From an uncultured Candidatus Saccharibacteria bacterium (GTDB lineage: Bacteria; Patescibacteriota; Andersenbacteria; UBA10190), in contig CAYHTZ010000001.1 of the NCBI GenBank assembly GCA_964359735.1, forward strand, positions 1,457-65,456: a stretch of 64,000 bases of DNA, read 5' to 3'. Of the stretch, positions 55,332 through 64,000 are shown one piece after another; position 1 is the stretch's first letter, and each line of letters opens with the position of its first letter. Made by a program: the position numbers and the translations under genes. The notes beneath the pieces were generated by a model. It saw only the letters and a program-made list of their open reading frames with translations, had not been told where the DNA came from and searched no databases.

Positions 55332-56456
55332 TCAAGGGTAGGCAACTCGTGCCAAAACGCCTAGGGTCTCGCGCGCCGCCCTCTCCCACGAAAATCGAGC
55401 CCGGATAGTCTCCTGAACAAATCCTGGGACAAGGGGGAGTTCTCCCAGAAGCTCGCGCAGCACCAGCGCTAACTCCCCCACGTCGTACGGATCCACCAGC
55501 GTGGCCCACTCGCCTACCACCTCAGGCAGCGCCGAGTTAAACGATGTCACCACCGGCGTGCCGGCCAGTAGCGCCTCGAGCGGGGGAAAGCCGAACCCTT
55601 CATATAAGCTGGGGTAAACAAACAAATCGGCCGCGGTATAGAGAGCTGCCTTTTCCTCCTCAGGGATAAAACCAAGCACATGAATGCGATCGCGGGCCCG
55701 GGAAGCGCGCATCGCTTTGTCAATTTCACCCGTTGACCACCCAGCCGCACCCGCGATCACAAGATCCTGCGCCACGTGATCAGCAATCGCCGAATAGGCG
55801 CAGATTAAGCTATCAACATTCTTACGCGGCTCTAATGTACCCAAGTAAAGAACGAAGTGTGCAGGAAGCCCAGCGACAGGCCTACCCGCCGAAGCCTTGG
55901 CGAAGGCGGGACCCGTCGTGAGTCCCAACGAGACCCCTGAATATACCACCTGAACCTTTTCCTCTGGCACCCCGTACACATTCACTAAATCTTGTTTGGT
56001 GTGTTCGGACACCGCTATCACCGCCTGCGAGCGTTGCGCCAGCTGACGCGGCTTCATCACCGCGTGCCAAACCCGCTGCTTAAAATTAAATAACTCAGGA
56101 AAATGCTCATACGACAAGTCATGGAAAACCGACACCAGGGGGAGGCCGGCCGAAAGCGGAACGAGCCCCAGACTCGGCATAAATACGCAATCAACAGCGG
56201 GGAGCCAGCGGTCCCATTTGGGCGCGTCCAGGAAACGCTGGGCCAGTTTGAATACTTTATTCGGGTAGCGAAACTCGTGCACGGCTACGCCGCTGCCAAA
56301 ATCCGGCAGCGTAACCTTGCGCGCCGAATTGTAAAACAAGTGGTACTCATTCTGCGGCGCGACGGCCGCCAAGGCTCGCACCATCTCAGCCGTGTACCGC
56401 TCTATGCCGCTAACACCCCCCTCCATCAGCGAGCGAACGTCAATGGCAATTTTCAT
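55332..56456 (-). CDS. GT4 glycosyltransferase; carries a family B variant copy
   Basis: C-terminal LYEGFGFPPLEALLAGTPVV; contains PAFAKASAGRPVAG. Confidence 0.7.
   Translation of the reverse strand: MKIAIDVRSLMEGGVSGIERYTAEMVRALAAVAPQNEYHLFYNSARKVTLPDFGSGVAVHEFRYPNKVFKLAQRFLDAPKWDRWLPAVDCVFMPSLGLVPLSAGLPLVSVFHDLSYEHFPELFNFKQRVWHAVMKPRQLAQRSQAVIAVSEHTKQDLVNVYGVPEEKVQVVYSGVSLGLTTGPAFAKASAGRPVAGLPAHFVLYLGTLEPRKNVDSLICAYSAIADHVAQDLVIAGAAGWSTGEIDKAMRASRARDRIHVLGFIPEEEKAALYTAADLFVYPSLYEGFGFPPLEALLAGTPVVTSFNSALPEVVGEWATLVDPYDVGELALVLRELLGELPLVPGFVQETIRARFSWERAARETLGVLARVAYP
55881..55912. repeat. Family B element, copy 7 (variant)
   Basis: cctacccgccgaagccttggcgaaggcgggac. Confidence 0.7.
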
Positions 56457-56507
56457 GGAAGTTGGAATTTAGGATTTGGAATTTAGAAAAAATCCAGATT
56501 CCATATT

Positions 56508-57143
56508 CTATATTCCGGATTCTCTATTCTTCAGGCTCTCAACCAACAAAACCCCATTCAAAGTAACTAAGAAAGTAAATAGAAAAGCAGCGGTCACCAC
56601 CAGCAGAACTGACAGCCGGACGACCCCGCTCCACGCCTCGGTGGATACCACGGCGAATGAGACCGCCGGCACCCCTTCATTATGGTAGCGGGCCACGTTG
56701 TGTTCCATCACGCGGCGGACTCCCTCGGCCAGAACAGCGGCTTCCTCGCGTGTTGCCCCCCGCACGGTGACCGTCACCAATTGCGGGGCCACTTTCTCTG
56801 CTTTGACAATTCTCGCCAACGCCCGAGGGTCATCGCTGGGTAATTCCAAATTCGCTTCTTGGTGCGCAGCCACAACTACTTCAGGAATGGCTACCCAGCG
56901 GGCAAGCGTGGCGGCGAAGAGGTCGGTGGCTTGAAGCGCGTAGTAACCGTCAAAACGAAAATCTTGGCTCGGGTCTCTGGCACTCAGCGATATCAAATAG
57001 GAAAAGTGGACTTCGTGGCTAGGTTTAACCTGCTTTGCTGCGAACAGCGCGGCCACGGCCACGGTCACACTGATGAGGATAATCATGGGGAGGCGTTCTC
57101 TCACCACTCCCCAGTAATGTTCCAGGCTAGATTTCATATTCAA
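56508..57143 (-). CDS. Wzz-like polysaccharide chain-length determinant protein (short form)
   Basis: 211 aa; TM, periplasmic region, TM topology; 4-nt overlap with the downstream GT4. Confidence 0.5.
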   Translation of the reverse strand: MNMKSSLEHYWGVVRERLPMIILISVTVAVAALFAAKQVKPSHEVHFSYLISLSARDPSQDFRFDGYYALQATDLFAATLARWVAIPEVVVAAHQEANLELPSDDPRALARIVKAEKVAPQLVTVTVRGATREEAAVLAEGVRRVMEHNVARYHNEGVPAVSFAVVSTEAWSGVVRLSVLLVVTAAFLFTFLVTLNGVLLVESLKNRESGI

Positions 57144-58267
57144 GGCTCTGTATTCTGCCTAAAGGCTAACCACTCAGTATGCACGAATTCGGTAATTTTA
57201 TCCATAAACACCTGCGGGCGATACCGCTCGGCGTGAGCGCGGATTACGCCCCGCTCCCACCGCCGCTGCTCCGACGCAGTTATCGCCTGCGAGAGAGCCT
57301 GAGGTGACTGCTCATAAAAAAGCATCCCCGTCACATTCGGGATAATAGTCTCGAGCGCGCCGCCGGCCCCATACGCAATGGTAGGTTTGCCGCTGGCCGC
57401 CGCTTCCAAGGGAGTAATGCCGAAATCTTCCTCCTGAGGAAAAAGGAGTGCCTTCGCTCCGGCGTATAAGGCAGGCAACTGGGCATCTGGCACAAACCCC
57501 AGGAATTCGGTCCGCGAAGTGGACCGCCCGCCGTATTGGCGGGCCAGCGTTTTCAAGACTTCTGCCTCCGGACCCGTACCCGCCACCTTCAGACGCCGGC
57601 CTAATCTCTCACAAGCCTCAATCGCAATTTCAATCCGCTTATACGGCACCAGCCGGGAGACCACCAAGTAGTATCCCTCATCATGCTCACTCACCGTAAA
57701 CCGATCCACTTCAACAGGAGGAGCAATCACCGTGGCTGCGCGGTGGTAATACTTCTTGATCCGCTGCGCGACATAACGCGACAACGTTAGGTACGAATCC
57801 ACGCGCGCAGATGCGTAGTAATCCCAAATACGGATGTAGGAGAGACCCAATGGAGCCAAACGCTGGAAAAAACGGCTGCGGGAAAACTCCCGCACATAGC
57901 GGTGGCTATCATCCCACACGTACCGCGTAGGGGTAAAGCAGTACGATATGTGCAGCGTCTGGGGGCTGGTTACCACCCCTTTCCCAAAACTATGGCTGGC
58001 TGAAAGCACCACGTCGTAGTCGGAAAGATCAAATTGTTCTACCGCCAACGGCATGAGCAAGGGGAAGTACCGGTGGTGCCGGCGCGCGCCGGGAATACGC
58101 TGTAAAAACGAGGTCTTGAGCCTCGGACCAGAAAACTCCGGCAACTGCTGCGGGTCATGGGCCAAGGTAAATACCGGCGCATATGGAAAGGCGCGCATTA
58201 AATTCAACAGCACCCGCTCCGCCCCACCCAGCTGGGTCAAATAGTCATGTACCAGCGCCACCCGCAT
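57140..58267 (-). CDS. GT4 glycosyltransferase
   Basis: MRVALVHDYLTQLGGAERV; E-x7-E region FPQEEDFGITPLEAAASGKP. Confidence 0.7.
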   Translation of the reverse strand: MRVALVHDYLTQLGGAERVLLNLMRAFPYAPVFTLAHDPQQLPEFSGPRLKTSFLQRIPGARRHHRYFPLLMPLAVEQFDLSDYDVVLSASHSFGKGVVTSPQTLHISYCFTPTRYVWDDSHRYVREFSRSRFFQRLAPLGLSYIRIWDYYASARVDSYLTLSRYVAQRIKKYYHRAATVIAPPVEVDRFTVSEHDEGYYLVVSRLVPYKRIEIAIEACERLGRRLKVAGTGPEAEVLKTLARQYGGRSTSRTEFLGFVPDAQLPALYAGAKALLFPQEEDFGITPLEAAASGKPTIAYGAGGALETIIPNVTGMLFYEQSPQALSQAITASEQRRWERGVIRAHAERYRPQVFMDKITEFVHTEWLAFRQNTEP

Positions 58268-58289
58268 ATTCCCCCTGCATGGAATAAGC

Positions 58290-59711
58290 CTACACCGCGT
58301 TGGGGTCTGTGAACAGAATCTTGAAGGTCTTCAGCAGTAAAATCACGTCTAGGCGCAGGGACCATTGTTCGATGTAGGCGATATCCAGCTTCGCTTCCTC
58401 ATCGAACGGCAAGCTGGACGATCCCGCCACTTGCGCCATGCCCGACATACCCGGCTTAATCGTAAACAATTTACGCTGGAACTTATCATACCGGGCTACT
58501 TCCTTGGCTAAGTGGGGGCGGGGTCCCAAAAGACTCATCTCGCCTCGTAAAACATTGATAAGCTGCGGCAACTCGTCGATGCGCCACCTGCGCAAAAATC
58601 GGCCCACACGGGTAATTCGAGGATCCTGCTTCATCTTAAAAAGCGGCCCCCGCCGCTCATTCACTGCCTGGCGTAACCTCTCGTCGAAGGCGGCGGCCTT
58701 GACGCCTCCATATGCCTCGCCCACGCAGTACTCCGCGTGCATGCTGCGGAATTTATACATTTCAAACGGGCGCATATTGCGCCCGACTCTCACCTGTTTG
58801 TAGAAAATCGGACCGGGAGTATCGAGCCTAATCCAAAGCGTCACCAACGCCAAAAACGGGCTCAGCAGAGTGAGCCCAAACACGGCTCCCACAATATCCA
58901 TGGTGCGCTTTGCGATTCTGCCCCACCCATCGAGCGGCGTACGCAGGAGCTCCATGATAGGCACGGATCCCAACTGGCGAAACCGCATGTGCGCGGCATG
59001 GGTTTCGAAGAGATTCGGAATATATTTATAATCAATTTTGTATTGCTCGCAAAAATCAAGCAGCAGCAAGTTATCTTCCTCCGGCAAGGTTGGATCAGTT
59101 TGAATAACTTCATCAACGCCTTGCTCGCGCAATACGGCCTCGAGTATATCCCAACGCACAATGGGGAGGTTCGCCACGACCCAATAGCCCAGCTCCCGTC
59201 GCGCGCCAAACACGCGCGAGAGCTTTTCGGCGAGGCGCCCATTGCCTGCCAAGAGCACGCGGTGCACGCCATACCCTCGGGAAAGGAGCCAACGCTGTAT
59301 TCGGCGTACGCCAAACCGTCCCGCGAGCACAAAAGCCACGGCAAAGGAGTACGCCGCTAATAAGATAAAACGCGAATGGAAAACTTCAGCGCGCAAGAAC
59401 ATGGCTACAATCACCAGCATCACGCCCAACGTGATGCCTGAGAAAATACTCGTTGTTTCATCCAACGCTCGCCGGGTGGCCTGCATCGAGTACAACCCCT
59501 GAATGGAAAAAATCGCCACAATGACCGCGGCGACTATGGCCACGAGTTGCATAAACTCGGCGAAGGGCAGATCAACTTGGAAGACAGCCGGCCGCAGCCG
59601 CTGCACGAGCGGACTCACGCGCAAGTAGTAAGCCGCCGCCCCCGCGAGAAGCAAAGCCACAAAATCTATAGGCAGAACTATGGCTCCAAAAAAGAGCTCT
59701 GACTTTTTCAT
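58290..59711 (-). CDS. Undecaprenyl-phosphate sugar phosphotransferase (WbaP/CpsE bacterial sugar transferase family)
   Basis: N-terminal TM segments; C-terminal GPLFKMKQDPRITRVGRFLRRWRIDELPQLINVLRGEMSLLGPRP. Confidence 0.8.
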   Translation of the reverse strand: MKKSELFFGAIVLPIDFVALLLAGAAAYYLRVSPLVQRLRPAVFQVDLPFAEFMQLVAIVAAVIVAIFSIQGLYSMQATRRALDETTSIFSGITLGVMLVIVAMFLRAEVFHSRFILLAAYSFAVAFVLAGRFGVRRIQRWLLSRGYGVHRVLLAGNGRLAEKLSRVFGARRELGYWVVANLPIVRWDILEAVLREQGVDEVIQTDPTLPEEDNLLLLDFCEQYKIDYKYIPNLFETHAAHMRFRQLGSVPIMELLRTPLDGWGRIAKRTMDIVGAVFGLTLLSPFLALVTLWIRLDTPGPIFYKQVRVGRNMRPFEMYKFRSMHAEYCVGEAYGGVKAAAFDERLRQAVNERRGPLFKMKQDPRITRVGRFLRRWRIDELPQLINVLRGEMSLLGPRPHLAKEVARYDKFQRKLFTIKPGMSGMAQVAGSSSLPFDEEAKLDIAYIEQWSLRLDVILLLKTFKILFTDPNAV

Positions 59712-59825
59712 GGTTGGCTCTTACGAAACCCCTACAATACCCCCGCCTGACGATTTGTCAACATTTCCCTGCATCCTTCCCTAGTATACGTTCCCTTGAC
59801 AAAAAATCTAAAGCCAGCAGAGTAA

Positions 59826-60296
59826 AGGCGAGGTAGGTGGATGGTCGCTCCTCGCGAGTCGAGGGGAGGAAAGTCCGGACACCTGTGTTCCTTTGAACAT
59901 ATCGTGGTGGCAGGTAACGCCTGCCGGGCGCAAGCCCAGGGAAAGTGCAACAGAAACATACCGCCCTTCGACAAAACCTCAGGGTAAACTGAGCAAGTTT
60001 ACTCTGAGCGAGGCGAAAGCCGAGTCGAAGAGCAATGGTGAAATCGTGAGGTAAGAGCTCACGCATTACGGCAGTAATGCCGCGATGGTGCAAACCCCAC
60101 CTGGTGCAACTTCAAGCAGCCCCGCACCCTTGTGAAATGACAAGGGTGCGGGGCGGGTAGAAGGCAAACTGTTCTGTAGCTCGTCATGACGCTAGAGAAC
60201 GACGAAGCCTGCCGCGAGGCAGGCTCCAGAGAGATGATCATTCATGACCCCGCCTCGGCGGGGCAAGACAGAATCCGGCTTATAGCCTACCTCAGA
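59826..60296 (+). ncRNA. rnpB: RNase P RNA, bacterial type A
   Basis: P4 strands GGAAAGTCCGGAC and ACAGAATCCGGCTTA; GGCAGGTAACGCCTGCC; AGTGCAACAGAAA; GGTAAGAGCTCAC; P1 pairing gaggtaggt/acctacctc; possible TTGACA -35 at about 59797. Confidence 0.8.
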
Positions 60297-60337
60297 CCCC
60301 GTGGTCGCTTTCCAGAGCGCTACGGGGTTTTCTTTTT
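60294..60337 (+). terminator. Putative rho-independent terminator after rnpB
   Basis: ccccgt...acgggg stem followed by ttttcttttt; overlaps the 3' codons of the convergent rnhA. Confidence 0.4.
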
Positions 60338-60736
60338 CGCGAGCTCAGCATCAATAGCCTGATTCACGAGAGCGTCCGCTTCGGCATTCTGCTGGCGGGG
60401 CACATGTTCAAAGACAACTTGGAAGAATCCGGAAGCAATACTTTTTACCTCATCGAATAAGGGCTTTAAATCCGGGTCTTTAACTCGGTACTCGCCGCTG
60501 AGCTGCTTCACAGCCAACTCGCTGTCGAGCCGACACAGCAGCTGACTCACCCCTTCCGCCCGGGCGCGCGCCATCCCTGCGCGCAGCGCCTTGTATTCCG
60601 CTTGGTTGTTGGTAGCTTCCCCAATGTACGTTCCCTTGCTAACCTCCCTGCCATCTTCAAAAGACAGTATGTAGCCAATGCCTCCGGGGCCCGGATTCCC
60701 GCGCGCGCCCCCGTCAGTGTACAGCGTGGCCTGCAT
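60320..60736 (-). CDS. rnhA: Ribonuclease HI
   Basis: LYTDGGARGNPGPGG...NNQAEYKAL...EADAL. Confidence 0.8.
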   Translation of the reverse strand: MQATLYTDGGARGNPGPGGIGYILSFEDGREVSKGTYIGEATNNQAEYKALRAGMARARAEGVSQLLCRLDSELAVKQLSGEYRVKDPDLKPLFDEVKSIASGFFQVVFEHVPRQQNAEADALVNQAIDAELAKKKTP

Positions 60737-62417
60737 CCCCTACTTGTACACGAACGCGGCCTGCCGGCGCAATCTCACGCAGTTTCAACGAGAGCTGCCG
60801 GCGCCCCCCAAATTCATTCGTCTCCACCGTGAAGAGAGCATCAATGCGCCTGCCCACCTCTTTGCGCGCCTGGGCTAATCCAAAGCCGATGGCATCAACC
60901 GCCTCGCTCCCCGCTGCCAACTTCAGCTTCAAGTGGTCTTTGCTCTTGCCCACTACGCGCGCATCGAGAACAGGCAGTCCCCGCGCCACGAAGACCGGCT
61001 CCTGGTTGCCCTCGCCAAAGGGTGCGAAAGACTCTATGAGCTCAAGTAAATCCCACGAGAGGAGGGAATGATCTACCCAGGCGTCAGCCACCACTGCTGC
61101 GGGCGCTCGCGCCGAGAGCCCTCCATACGCCTTCCGCAAAGCCTGGTGAAAACGAGGGATGCTGGCAGGCGTGAGCGAAAATCCAGCCGCGCGCGTGTGC
61201 CCTCCCAACCGAAGCAGATGTGTCCGCCCCAGTTCCAGAATTTGTAATACATTCGCTCCGCTGCCAGCGCGCGCCGATCCAACCGCCCCGTCTCCCGCTC
61301 CTCCCACCACAATCGCCGGCTTGGCAAACTCTTCCGCGAGCTTTGCTGCGGCTAACCCCAATACTCCCGCCGGCCAGTCTGTGCTCGCCACAAAGACAAA
61401 AGGGGAGGCAGGATCAACCTGCCCCCTCGCCTCTGCCATAACACGCCGCGTAACTATTTGCCTTTCGCTATTATATGCATTAAGGCGCAAAACCAAGTCC
61501 CGAGCTTGCTGCGCACTCTGGGTAAGGAGCAGATCGAGCGCGGGCTGAGGGTGGTCCATCCTCCCTGCCGCATTGAGCCGAGGGAGCAAGCGGAAGGCCG
61601 CGTCTTGAGCTGTCACTGCCTTGCCCTGGGCAAGGCGGCATTCGGATAAGAGACATGACAACCCCACCCGGCTGCGACGGCCAAGCATAGAGAGTCCAAA
61701 CCGCGCAATGGCTCGATTTTCTCCCAGCATCGGCACCACATCCGCAATTGTTCCGAGCGCTGCCAAGTCCAGTAACGCATGCTCGTCGTGAGCTTCCCCG
61801 ACCCGCCGCGCCCGCGCGTCCCGAAGTAAGCCTTGCGCTAGTTTGAAGGCCACGCCGGCGCCGGACAGATAAGGAAAAGGGTAGCTGGGAAGACGCGGGT
61901 GTAATATGGCAAAGGCCGACGGCAAGTGCGCGGGAAGTTCATGGTGGTCAACAATTATGACGTCCTTCCCGCGGCTCGCCAGGTAAGCAATCTCCTCTGC
62001 ATTGCTAATGCCGCAGTCAGCCGAAATAAGGAGATCAAACTCAGGCAGTAGGCGTTCCAACGCTCGGCGGTTAAGCCCGTAGCCATCCTCCAGACGGTGA
62101 GGGAGATACGGTATCACTTGAATACCAAGTTTCCTAAGCACTGTCACCAAGAGCGCCGTCGCAGTGACGCCATCCGCATCGTAGTCTCCGTAGACCAGCA
62201 CGCGCTCGCCTGCCTCCCGCGCGGCAAATAGGCGGTCGACCGCCCGGCGCATACCCCGCATCAGCAGGGGAGCGTGAATCGTACTGTCGTACTCAGGTAA
62301 AAAAAATCCCGCGGCCTCCTCCGGGTCAATGCCCCGCAATCCCAGGAGCACCTCCCGCAGGCGTTCCAGGGTGGCAACAACTTCGGTTCCTGCTCCTACC
62401 TTCCAGGAAAGCGCCAT
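60714..62417 (-). CDS. recJ: Single-stranded-DNA-specific exonuclease RecJ
   Basis: DHH motifs VYGDYDADGVTA and IIVDHH; DHHA1 domain GGHTRAAG. Confidence 0.8.
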   Translation of the reverse strand: MALSWKVGAGTEVVATLERLREVLLGLRGIDPEEAAGFFLPEYDSTIHAPLLMRGMRRAVDRLFAAREAGERVLVYGDYDADGVTATALLVTVLRKLGIQVIPYLPHRLEDGYGLNRRALERLLPEFDLLISADCGISNAEEIAYLASRGKDVIIVDHHELPAHLPSAFAILHPRLPSYPFPYLSGAGVAFKLAQGLLRDARARRVGEAHDEHALLDLAALGTIADVVPMLGENRAIARFGLSMLGRRSRVGLSCLLSECRLAQGKAVTAQDAAFRLLPRLNAAGRMDHPQPALDLLLTQSAQQARDLVLRLNAYNSERQIVTRRVMAEARGQVDPASPFVFVASTDWPAGVLGLAAAKLAEEFAKPAIVVGGAGDGAVGSARAGSGANVLQILELGRTHLLRLGGHTRAAGFSLTPASIPRFHQALRKAYGGLSARAPAAVVADAWVDHSLLSWDLLELIESFAPFGEGNQEPVFVARGLPVLDARVVGKSKDHLKLKLAAGSEAVDAIGFGLAQARKEVGRRIDALFTVETNEFGGRRQLSLKLREIAPAGRVRVQVGDAGHAVH

Positions 62418-62418
62418 G

Positions 62419-62820
62419 TCACCGCGCCTTACGGCGTTCCACCCGAAAACGCGGTGCCGCCTGCCGCGTGAGTCGCCCGAGCAGCTCTACAATTGCCGAG
62501 TATTGATTAATGATTCCAGAAAGATCGCGCTGGACTTCGTCTTCTTGCTGCAACAGGTAGAGAAGCCGCAACCAGTAATCAGTCTCGATTGCCGAAAGAC
62601 GCGCCTCCTCTAACGCTTCCTTAAACCGCGCCGCCTCGTCAGCGGCGTTGGCGCGCACCAAGTGGCGGCCTACATTCATGGCTGATTTTACCATTTCCGT
62701 TTTACATACGTTCATGCCTGTGCCCTCGCCGGGGAGATCAGCCAGCGACACGACATCCTGGGTTACTTGGAATACCCGTTCCCATAACTCCCCCTGCTTT
62801 TGCTCCCAGCCCGGATTCAT
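62419..62820 (-). CDS. Four-helix-bundle protein (23S rRNA intervening-sequence protein family-like)
   Basis: 133 aa, all-helical; ANAADEAARFKEALEEARLSAIETDYWLRLL pattern. Confidence 0.4.
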   Translation of the reverse strand: MNPGWEQKQGELWERVFQVTQDVVSLADLPGEGTGMNVCKTEMVKSAMNVGRHLVRANAADEAARFKEALEEARLSAIETDYWLRLLYLLQQEDEVQRDLSGIINQYSAIVELLGRLTRQAAPRFRVERRKAR

Positions 62821-62827
62821 AGCACTG

Positions 62828-64000
62828 CTAAGTATACACTATCTCCCGTGAGCCCCTATACCGCTCGGAAAGGCGTGTGCGATACCCCTGCAGTGGCTGT
62901 GCCAGGGGGAGCTGCAAGCGTTCTTCTATTTCGAGTAAACGATTGTACTTTTCGGTTCTTTCGCTTCTCGCTGGAGCGCCGGCTTTGATTTGTCCCGCGC
63001 CGCACGCTACGGCAAGGTCGGCAATGAATGTATCTGCCGTTTCCCCCGAACGATGCGAAATTATTACATTCATGCCTGCTTTTTGGGCAAGGGCAATAGC
63101 CTGAAGCGTCTCCGAAAGCGTTCCAATCTGGTTGGGTTTCACCAGCACCGCCGTCGCAGCCTTCTCCCGTATGCCACGCTCAATCCGCGTAGGGTTTGTC
63201 ACAAAAAAGTCATCTCCGATTATCTGGCACACTGAACTGTGCTCTTTCGTAAACACACTCCAGTCCTGCCAGCCTTCTTCCTGGAACGGATCTTCGATCG
63301 AAATGATAGGGAACTGCGCTGTCCATTGCCGATATAGCTCTGAGAGCCCATCGGCCTCGACATCTCTGCGGTCTATCTGGTATTGATTTTTCTCAGCTTC
63401 AAAAAATTCTGAAGCGGCCACATCGATGCCCAGCACTACTTGGGAAGCGGGGTCGTACCCGGCTCTCTCGATTGCCCGTACCAAGAACGTGAAAGCCTCT
63501 GCCGATTCGTCGAGAGCTTTTGAGCCAAGGGCATCATATCCCCCTTCGTCTCCCAACCCCACGGCGACATTCGCCTCTTTCACTACTTCCCTGAGCGTAT
63601 GGTACACCTCCGCCCCCCAGCGCAACGCTTCACTAAAGGTCGCCGCTCCCACAGGGATGATTTGAAATTCCTGCACAGAAAGGGGGTTATTCGCGTGTTT
63701 ACCTCCGTTAATCACATTGATGAGCGGCACCGGCAAGCTTGGTTTTCCTCCCGGGAACAGCTGTTGCAGGTATAAGTAGAGCGGCAGTCCCTGGGATGCC
63801 GCCTCTGCCCGCGCACAGGCGAGGGAAACAGCTAGAATTGCATTGGCCCCCAGGCGCCGTTTACTGGGCGTGCCGTCCAGGTCAAGCATGGTGCGGTCAA
63901 TGTCCCTCTGCTTTCCCGCATCTTTACCCAAGAGCGCGGCATGAATTTCATTATTGACGTGGGCAACGGCTGTCAGTACTCCTTTCCCACGATACCGCTT
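62828..64000 (-). CDS. eno: Enolase, partial (N-terminus beyond window end; track start 63931 is an internal Met)
   Basis: GANAILAVSLA...SHRSGETADTFIADLAV...KYNRLLEIEE; the reading frame continues open to position 64000. Confidence 0.85.
   Translation of the reverse strand, partial: KRYRGKGVLTAVAHVNNEIHAALLGKDAGKQRDIDRTMLDLDGTPSKRRLGANAILAVSLACARAEAASQGLPLYLYLQQLFPGGKPSLPVPLINVINGGKHANNPLSVQEFQIIPVGAATFSEALRWGAEVYHTLREVVKEANVAVGLGDEGGYDALGSKALDESAEAFTFLVRAIERAGYDPASQVVLGIDVAASEFFEAEKNQYQIDRRDVEADGLSELYRQWTAQFPIISIEDPFQEEGWQDWSVFTKEHSSVCQIIGDDFFVTNPTRIERGIREKAATAVLVKPNQIGTLSETLQAIALAQKAGMNVIISHRSGETADTFIADLAVACGAGQIKAGAPARSERTEKYNRLLEIEERLQLPLAQPLQGYRTRLSERYRGSREIVYT

Noticed and set aside
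59783-60634. Exact 12-mer tacgttcccttg present both upstream of rnpB and inside rnhA
   Set aside because: Only two copies, no flanking similarity or structure; could be chance.
1-64000. CRISPR arrays, rRNA genes, transposases or integrases
   Set aside because: No regularly spaced direct repeats, no rRNA-like conserved segments, no DDE or tyrosine-recombinase-like ORFs; the mobile-looking features are the short non-autonomous repeats only.

Overview
This is a dense bacterial cell-envelope glycosylation island. Gene overlaps, a split transketolase and a TrpR/YerC-like regulator suggest a CPR/Patescibacteria-like or similar small-genome organism, but that is inference. The ORF track uses ATG/GTG/TTG starts and silently omits ORFs that run off the window edges. 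I recovered one by manual translation: a GT39-like gene on the minus strand at 1..2063. The first 33 kb holds about 12 GT-C-fold membrane glycosyltransferases: five PMT/ArnT-like GT39 paralogs with an HxDAL motif and a GWGEGLE C-terminal domain, four other GT-C-like membrane proteins, and three YfhO-like proteins. They are interleaved with Dpm1-like GT2 polyprenol-phosphate-sugar synthases, zinc-ribbon SAM methyltransferases, a sugar C-methyltransferase and SDR epimerases. From 32.6 to 45.7 kb there is a nucleotide-sugar operon: rmlA, rmlC, rmlD, two epimerases, gmhA, a split hldE, hldD, GT4 and GT2 genes. It is embedded with transaldolase and a split transketolase, the source of sedoheptulose-7-phosphate. 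Two TrpR/YerC paralogs are also present. From 47.5 to 64 kb the window holds lepA, murJ, a large membrane-anchored protein, three GT4 genes, a Wzz-like gene, a WbaP-like initiating phosphotransferase, RNase P RNA, rnhA, recJ, a four-helix-bundle protein and a partial eno. The most unusual signal is at least four families of short structured repeats inserted in-frame into coding sequences, analogous to Rickettsia palindromic elements. One is a 30-nt palindromic element present in at least 7 copies, and one is a ~130-nt hairpin element in 2 copies with compensatory stem mutations. No CRISPR array, rRNA or tRNA was found.
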